A DNA stretch of 58,801 bases from Gemmatimonadales bacterium (GTDB lineage: Bacteria; Gemmatimonadota; Gemmatimonadetes; Gemmatimonadales; GWC2-71-9): contig JBFGDF010000004.1 of assembly GCA_041580775.1 (NCBI GenBank), forward strand, positions 1 to 58,801. Direction: 5' to 3'. Positions 56,063-58,801 of the stretch are shown in pieces. The position numbers were made by a program, and so were the translations under genes. Each line of letters starts with the position of its first letter. Within the stretch, counting starts at the first letter, position 1. The notes below the pieces were generated by a model, which searched no databases, was not told the DNA's origin, and saw nothing but the letters and a program-made list of their open reading frames with translations.

Positions 56063-57801
56063 CGTCCGTAGACCCGCTCGCCCGGGGGCCAGCGGGTGAT
56101 GGTGACCGGGAGCAACTCGATGCGGGGCGGTGCCTCCGGCACGCGATACGCCAACGAATGCGCCAGGAACCGGGCATCATCCCGCTGGGGATGGTCGGTG
56201 CGTTGGTGTGCACCCCGCGACTCGCGCCGCGCGAGCGCCGCGTGCACCGTCGCCTCGGCCACGTCGAGGAGGTTCTCGAGCTCGAGGCTCGCCACCACCT
56301 CCGTGTTGAACGTGAGGCTGCGGTCGTCGAGTGTCACGCGCGCGGCGCGCGGTCGCAGCGCCGCCACCGCGGCCGCGGCCTCCGCGAGCCCTGTCGCGGC
56401 GCGGTAGATGCCCACCCCGGCTTCCATCGCGTGTTGCAGGGCCGTCCGCACCGCGGCGATTCGGTCGCCCCCGCCCGGCCGGTTGCGGACGTCCCGCTGG
56501 ATACGCCGTTCCTCGTCGTGCGCCATGGCGCGCGCCGCGGCACCCGGCGCGGACGTCGCCCGTGCGTACTCGGCCGCTGCCGCTCCCGCGCGCGCCCCGA
56601 ACACCAGCAGCTCGGTCAGCGAGTTCGACCCCAGCCGGTTGGCCCCATTGATGCTCACGCAGGCTGTCTCACCGGCGGCGAACAACGCGGGCAGCGGGGT
56701 CGCCCCGCGAACGTCGGTATGCACCCCCCCCATCATGTAATGCACCACGGGCCGCACCGGAATCAGCTCCCGGACCGGATCGAGGTGCTCGTACTTGAGA
56801 CACAGCTCCCGCACGAACGGGATCTTGGCCTCGATTACGTGCGCCCCGAGATGGCGCACGTCCAGATGCACCGCGTGCCCGTACGGCGTCTCGACGGCAC
56901 GACCCTGCTCCACCTCCTTGACGAACGCCTGGGAGAGCCGGTCGCGCGGCCCCAGCTCCATGGAGCGCATCACCGGCGTGGGCGCGGGTTCCCCGAGGTC
57001 ATAGTCCTGGAGATAGCGGTAGCCGTCCTTGTTGAGGAGCCATCCCCCCTCGGCACGCGCGGCCTCCGTGATCAGAATGCCGGTGAACGGGAGTCCGGTG
57101 GGATGGTACTGGACGAACTCCATGTCCTTGAGGGGCACGCCCGCGCGGTAGGCCAACGCCATCCCGTCACCGGTCTTGATGTTCGCGTTGGTCGTAAAGG
57201 GAAACACGCGCCCACCGCCGCCCGTCGCGAGGATCACGGCCTTGGCAAGCAGCGCGTGGATTTCGCCGGTCGCCAGCTCGAGCGCCACCACGCCCTGACA
57301 GCGCCCGTCATCCACCAGCAGGCGAGTCACGAACCATTCGTCGTAGCGCGCAACGCCGTCGTACTTGAGCGACGTCTGGAAGAGGGCATGAAGCAGATGG
57401 AAGCCCGTCTTGTCGGCGGCGAACCAGGTGCGCCGGATCTTCATCCCGCCAAAGGCGCGCACCGCCACGTGGCCGTCGGACTCGCGACTCCAGGGGCAAC
57501 CCCAGTGCTCGAGCCGCATCATCTCCGCCGGCGCCTCGCGCACGAACGTCTCGACGGCGTCCTGGTCGGCGAGCCAGTCCCCACCGCTGATCGTGTCGTA
57601 GGCGTGGGCGTCGAGGCTGTCGTCGGACTTGACGACGGCGGCCGCGCCGCCCTCGGCCGAGACCGTGTGGCTCCGCATGGGATAGACCTTGGATACGATC
57701 GCCACGCTGAGCGTGGGATCGGCTTCGGCGACGGCGATGGCGGCGCGCAGACCGGCGCCGCCCCCGCCGATCACGAGGACATCATGGACGTGCGTCTCCA
57801 T
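56059..57801 (-). CDS. frdA: Fumarate reductase flavoprotein subunit
   Basis: [16 protein letters not shown] (FAD-binding His), [27 protein letters not shown]. Confidence 0.93.
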   Translation of the reverse strand: METHVHDVLVIGGGGAGLRAAIAVAEADPTLSVAIVSKVYPMRSHTVSAEGGAAAVVKSDDSLDAHAYDTISGGDWLADQDAVETFVREAPAEMMRLEHWGCPWSRESDGHVAVRAFGGMKIRRTWFAADKTGFHLLHALFQTSLKYDGVARYDEWFVTRLLVDDGRCQGVVALELATGEIHALLAKAVILATGGGGRVFPFTTNANIKTGDGMALAYRAGVPLKDMEFVQYHPTGLPFTGILITEAARAEGGWLLNKDGYRYLQDYDLGEPAPTPVMRSMELGPRDRLSQAFVKEVEQGRAVETPYGHAVHLDVRHLGAHVIEAKIPFVRELCLKYEHLDPVRELIPVRPVVHYMMGGVHTDVRGATPLPALFAAGETACVSINGANRLGSNSLTELLVFGARAGAAAAEYARATSAPGAAARAMAHDEERRIQRDVRNRPGGGDRIAAVRTALQHAMEAGVGIYRAATGLAEAAAAVAALRPRAARVTLDDRSLTFNTEVVASLELENLLDVAEATVHAALARRESRGAHQRTDHPQRDDARFLAHSLAYRVPEAPPRIELLPVTITRWPPGERVYGR

Positions 57802-57905
57802 GCGGCTCCCTCAGCCGGCGCCGATCCCAGGCTGAGCGGGAGGCGCGGGGCGGCACTACAATAGACCCGCCGGGCGACTGTGGCTAGAGTGCGCGCCGAC
57901 GCCCG

Positions 57906-58801
57906 TCACGCCCGCGCCGGCTCGATGTCCACCGCGATGTCCCGCCATTTGCCCTGGCGGAACCGCACGACGCTCAAGACGCAGCGCGTCGCGTGCCCCA
58001 GGACGATGGCGACCCAGATGTCTGCCGGCTGGAGGCCGCGCAGGGCGTCCAGCACCGCGCAGAGACCCAGCGGCACCACGATCTGCGACACGACCGAGAT
58101 GTAGAACGGACTCCGCGTGTCGCCGGTCCCCTGCAGTCCGCCCGTGTACGTGAGCGCGACGGTGATGAACAGCCCGGAGACGCTCAGGAACCCGAGCAGC
58201 TGCACGCCGAGTCCCACGACCGTTGGATCCTCCATGCCGAAGACCGCGAGGAGCGCCCGCGGGATGAGCAGGAAGAGCGCGCCCACCACCACCGCGACGC
58301 CCAGCCCGAACCGGGCCGCCACGTGCACGGCGTGGATGGTGCGGTCCGGTCGCCCGGCGCCCAGATTCTGCCCGGCGACCGCGGCCGTGGCGCCCATGAG
58401 GCCGATGGACGTCCACGTGATGAAGGAGAACAGCTCGGTGTAGCCGACGGCGTAGGCGGCCTGCGCCTCCGCGCTGCGCTCGAGCGAGCCCACGAAGCGC
58501 AACAGCAGCACGCCGCCCACGTTCATCGCGACGCCTTGGAGCCCCGTGGGGAGCCCGAAGCGAAACAGCGCCCGGATGATCGACCAGTCCGGCCGGATCC
58601 CCAGGCCCCGCGGAAACCCCACCACCCAGCCACCCGAGAACAGGCGCAGCATCGCGTAGCCGCTCACCAGCCCGCCGGCGATCACGGTGCCCATCGCCGC
58701 GCCGGCCGTGCCGAACGCCGGGATCGGCCCCAGCCCGCGGATCAGGATCACATTCAGGACCATGTTGAGGATGGTCATGACGATCCCGAGGCGGAGCGGC
58801 G
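57906..58801 (-). CDS. MATE-family efflux transporter, 5' part outside window
   Basis: NMVLN.ILI.G...G..GAA.GT, GQNLGAG, LQGTGDT. Confidence 0.88.
   Translation of the reverse strand, partial: PLRLGIVMTILNMVLNVILIRGLGPIPAFGTAGAAMGTVIAGGLVSGYAMLRLFSGGWVVGFPRGLGIRPDWSIIRALFRFGLPTGLQGVAMNVGGVLLLRFVGSLERSAEAQAAYAVGYTELFSFITWTSIGLMGATAAVAGQNLGAGRPDRTIHAVHVAARFGLGVAVVVGALFLLIPRALLAVFGMEDPTVVGLGVQLLGFLSVSGLFITVALTYTGGLQGTGDTRSPFYISVVSQIVVPLGLCAVLDALRGLQPADIWVAIVLGHATRCVLSVVRFRQGKWRDIAVDIEPARA

Noticed and set aside
275-57864. Many long antisense/alternate-frame ORFs (e.g. 275-2161 -, 15352-17775 +, 27902-29794 -, 30283-32949 +, 55996-57864 +)
   Set aside because: Shadow ORFs of high-GC coding DNA: Arg/Gly/Pro-rich, no motifs, and each overlaps a well-supported gene.

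Overview
Very GC-rich, gene-dense bacterial chromosomal segment with about 65 CDS. I found no rRNA, tRNA, CRISPR array, transposase or integrase. Gene content and protein style suggest Gemmatimonadota (inference, no search run). Layout: (1) 1-4.9 kb, an ECF sigma factor coupled to a membrane Ser/Thr kinase-TPR gene broken by one in-frame TGA, plus a convergent second kinase. (2) 5-12.6 kb, a same-strand run of small tailoring/detox genes (DinB, GNATs including AAC(6')-like, RibD/DHFR-like, VOC, SnoaL, EEP, ABM) carrying several lesions. (3) A convergent FmdB / trxA-osmC redox cassette whose two AT-rich promoters share a motif. (4) A three-gene surface-protein operon: IPT lipoprotein, a 1107-aa beta-propeller+BACON protein ending in a half-dockerin-like tag, and a cohesin-like lipoprotein. 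This is the best candidate for an undescribed system. (5) The core rpmE-prfA-prmC-ylbF-tmk-ctpA cluster. (6) A Crp / MBL / CsgG-like / GAF-HD-GYP cyclic-nucleotide cluster. (7) A sigma70 gene then yajQ-rimO-spoIID-OMP-gfo-lnt-fused oxoprolinase. (8) larE-thpR-NtrC-type regulator, divergent from a CHASE hybrid kinase. (9) A stand-alone C39-like peptidase, glk and an ABC exporter. (10) E. coli-type frdABCD followed by an unknown helical protein, and a partial MATE transporter. Many starts were moved from the ORF track using RBS, overlap and motif evidence. All family calls come from motif recognition, not database searches.
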